Below, piece after piece: positions 61,969-64,000 of a stretch of DNA of 64,000 bases. Location: assembly GCA_041651235.1 (NCBI GenBank), contig JBAZJQ010000001.1:558449-622448 (forward strand), given 5' to 3'. The DNA comes from Candidatus Pacearchaeota archaeon. Its GTDB lineage: Archaea > Nanobdellota > Nanobdellia > Pacearchaeales > GW2011-AR1. The notes under the pieces are model-generated. The model was not told the DNA's origin. It was given only the letters and a program-made list of their open reading frames with translations, and made no database searches. Within the stretch, counting starts at the first letter, position 1, and each line of letters opens with the position of its first letter. The position numbers and the translations under genes are program-made.

Positions 61969-62306
61969 TAATAGGAAAAGAATTTAGATTTGAAGCAGCA
62001 CATTCACTTGAATGGCATAATGGAAAATGCAAAAATGTTCATGGCCATAGTTATAAGTTCCATGTTTTAGTTAAAGGAGAAGTTGACAAAGCAGGAATGG
62101 TTATTGATTTTTATGAATTAAATGAAATTATAAATGATGAAGTTTTGAGTTTCTTGGATCATTCTAATTTAAATGATATTATTGAAAATCCAACTGCAGA
62201 GAATATTTCTATCTGGATTTGGGATAAACTAAAAAACAAGATAAATGGATTATATGAAATTAAGTTATGGGAAACAGGAGATAGCTTTGTTGTATATAAT
62301 GGATGA
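61965..62306 (+). CDS. queD: 6-carboxy-5,6,7,8-tetrahydropterin synthase
   Basis: FRFEAAHSL...CKNVHGHSYKFHVLVKGEVDKAGMVIDF; 4-nt overlap with the upstream gene. Confidence 0.85.
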   Translation: MIIGKEFRFEAAHSLEWHNGKCKNVHGHSYKFHVLVKGEVDKAGMVIDFYELNEIINDEVLSFLDHSNLNDIIENPTAENISIWIWDKLKNKINGLYEIKLWETGDSFVVYNG

Positions 62307-62356
62307 TTGTTTTTAGATGGCATAATGCTTTTAAAGGAGTTTTTGGTTGCTGAACT

Positions 62357-62848
62357 ATGGCAGGAAAAGCTAATACTTCATCTAATGAATCTGAAAAACC
62401 TAAAATTGTTTATAGGAGGTATTTAATAGAATCTTCAGTTAAAGGAGATGAAATTATTCCTCATCCAGATTTTTATGAACCCATGAATGGTGAGACAAGA
62501 CATTTTAATGGGTGGCATATAGAGGGAAAGAGTGGAGAACAGCCTCTTCTTAGAGCTAGATATTTAGATGTTAATACTGCAGCTGAATTTTATGATAATT
62601 TTATATCTACTGGAGATAATAATGTAAGAAAGGATATTGTTATGAAAGTTTTTAGTCATGAAAATAATTTAGATTATTCTGGCAACAGAGAAGGAAGAAT
62701 TATATATTTAGATTCAAAAAAACAATTTAAAATAAGCAACCCTATTTTTGATATAATCCCCAAGTTTCCAGAAAAAGAAGAATCTTTAATTGTTCAGCCT
62801 ATTGAGAAAAAATTACATAAACCTTTTTTGGGATTTAGAAAACACTAA
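62357..62848 (+). CDS. hypothetical protein (orphan)
   Basis: 163-aa ORF, no motif. Confidence 0.35.
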   Translation: MAGKANTSSNESEKPKIVYRRYLIESSVKGDEIIPHPDFYEPMNGETRHFNGWHIEGKSGEQPLLRARYLDVNTAAEFYDNFISTGDNNVRKDIVMKVFSHENNLDYSGNREGRIIYLDSKKQFKISNPIFDIIPKFPEKEESLIVQPIEKKLHKPFLGFRKH

Positions 62849-62849
62849 T

Positions 62850-63998
62850 TTATTTCAAGATTTTTTTAATTTGAGATTCTGAAATAAAGTTTTCTTTTCC
62901 TGATGCCATATCTTTTAATTTGTATTTTTTCTTTTTTATTTCTTCATCACCTATAAATATTACATATTTTATTTGATAGGAATTTGCATAATCCAAAGCT
63001 TTGCTTGGTTTGTTATACATAATGCTTACAGGAATATTTAGCTTTCTTATTTTATCTGCTAGTGCAATTGCTTTTTTGTCTTGGTTTAAGCTGATTATTA
63101 ATAGTTTTTTATTTGAAATACTAATTTTAGAAATTAGTTCTAATCTATCTAATCCAAAAGAAACTCCTGTTGATTGTATTCCATTGATAGGATAACTTCC
63201 TCCTGCACATATTGTTTCTTTTAAATCTGATTTAACTTCAAATATAGTTCCATTATAGTAAGATAAACCTCTTGCTAAAAATGGCTGGAAATTGAATTTT
63301 ATTTTATAGTTATTGCAGATTTCTCTTAATTCCTGAATTTCTTTATAAGAATCATATTTCTTAAAATAAGATTCTGGTTTTTTTAATAGATTCAGTATCT
63401 TTTCTGCATTATATTTTTTTAGATTTTCTCTAATTTCTTTTTCAGATAATTTATCTAGTTTGTCTATTTCTTTTATAACTTGATTCTTATCTTTTATTTT
63501 TTGCTCTTCTAGAATCTCATTTAATAGTTTTCTATTGTTTAGATTTATTGTAAATTTTATATTTAATTTGTTTAAAATTTCTGAAATTATTTTTAAAATT
63601 TCTGCTTCATCTTTTAGAGAGCTTCCTATTATATCTGCATCACACTGTGTAAATTGTCTCCATCTGTTTCCTGTTACGGGCTCGTCTCTGAACACCTCTC
63701 CTATCTGATATCTTTTATAGGGAAGTTTTTTATTATTAGCCAGCCTTTTTAATTGGAATGTGAATTCATATCTTAAAGCTAATTTTCTCTCTCCTTTATC
63801 TTTTAATTTGAAAATATCGGATATTGTTTCTTCATTTGCATTATTACCTTTTACAAATTCTTCATATTCAATTATTGGAGTTTCAACTGGAATAAAATTA
63901 TAAGATTTGAATATATTTTCAATTATCTGCTTGATTTCATTTCTTTTAGAAGAATCTTCAATGTCTCTGAAGCCTTTTATTGTTTCTGTATTTACCAT
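62850..63998 (-). CDS. hisS: histidyl-tRNA synthetase
   Basis: IKGFRDI, LRYEFTFQLKR, YQIGEVFRDEP, RWRQFTQCDADIIG, GGSY...GVSFGLDRL. Confidence 0.9.
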   Translation of the reverse strand: MVNTETIKGFRDIEDSSKRNEIKQIIENIFKSYNFIPVETPIIEYEEFVKGNNANEETISDIFKLKDKGERKLALRYEFTFQLKRLANNKKLPYKRYQIGEVFRDEPVTGNRWRQFTQCDADIIGSSLKDEAEILKIISEILNKLNIKFTINLNNRKLLNEILEEQKIKDKNQVIKEIDKLDKLSEKEIRENLKKYNAEKILNLLKKPESYFKKYDSYKEIQELREICNNYKIKFNFQPFLARGLSYYNGTIFEVKSDLKETICAGGSYPINGIQSTGVSFGLDRLELISKISISNKKLLIISLNQDKKAIALADKIRKLNIPVSIMYNKPSKALDYANSYQIKYVIFIGDEEIKKKKYKLKDMASGKENFISESQIKKILK

Positions 63999-64000
63999 AG

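Overview
AT-rich (roughly 30% G+C by eye) archaeal chromosome segment whose gene content fits a small-genome DPANN-type archaeon. Recognisable core genes: family-B DNA polymerase, RFC small and large subunits, FEN1, PheRS alpha and beta, HisRS, a C-terminally short GluRS, an Rpo7(E')/Spt4/S24e/S27ae cluster, Rpp30, ScpA, Trm5-like, Elp3 and QueD tRNA-modification genes, an MTAP-APRT fusion, a P-type ATPase, and three tRNAs (Gln-CUG, Glu-CUC, Thr-GGU). Many orphan ORFs and membrane or surface proteins lie between them. I saw no rRNA, CRISPR array, transposase or integrase.

The observations most worth a second look:
1. A modular intergenic repeat family at 16 or more loci, almost always in the same strand orientation. 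It is densest in the 675-bp gap upstream of the RFC operon.
2. A 500-aa protein with two bacterial DnaA domain-IV-like HTH modules, translationally coupled to rfcS-rfcL.
3. A duplicated divergent cassette: a tandem-Lrp/AsnC regulator facing an orphan gene. The three unrelated orphan genes share a conserved A/C-rich leader and a strong Shine-Dalgarno.
4. A ~47% G+C non-coding island (39290-39560), next to an ORF bracketed by a perfect 14-bp inverted repeat and a broken surface-protein gene.
5. A three-gene operon ending in a CheD-like Cys/His protein.
6. A candidate CUU-UAA-A +1 frameshift site joining a PIN gene to a 94-codon start-less frame.

Functions are inferred from motifs read by eye. 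No database search was run.
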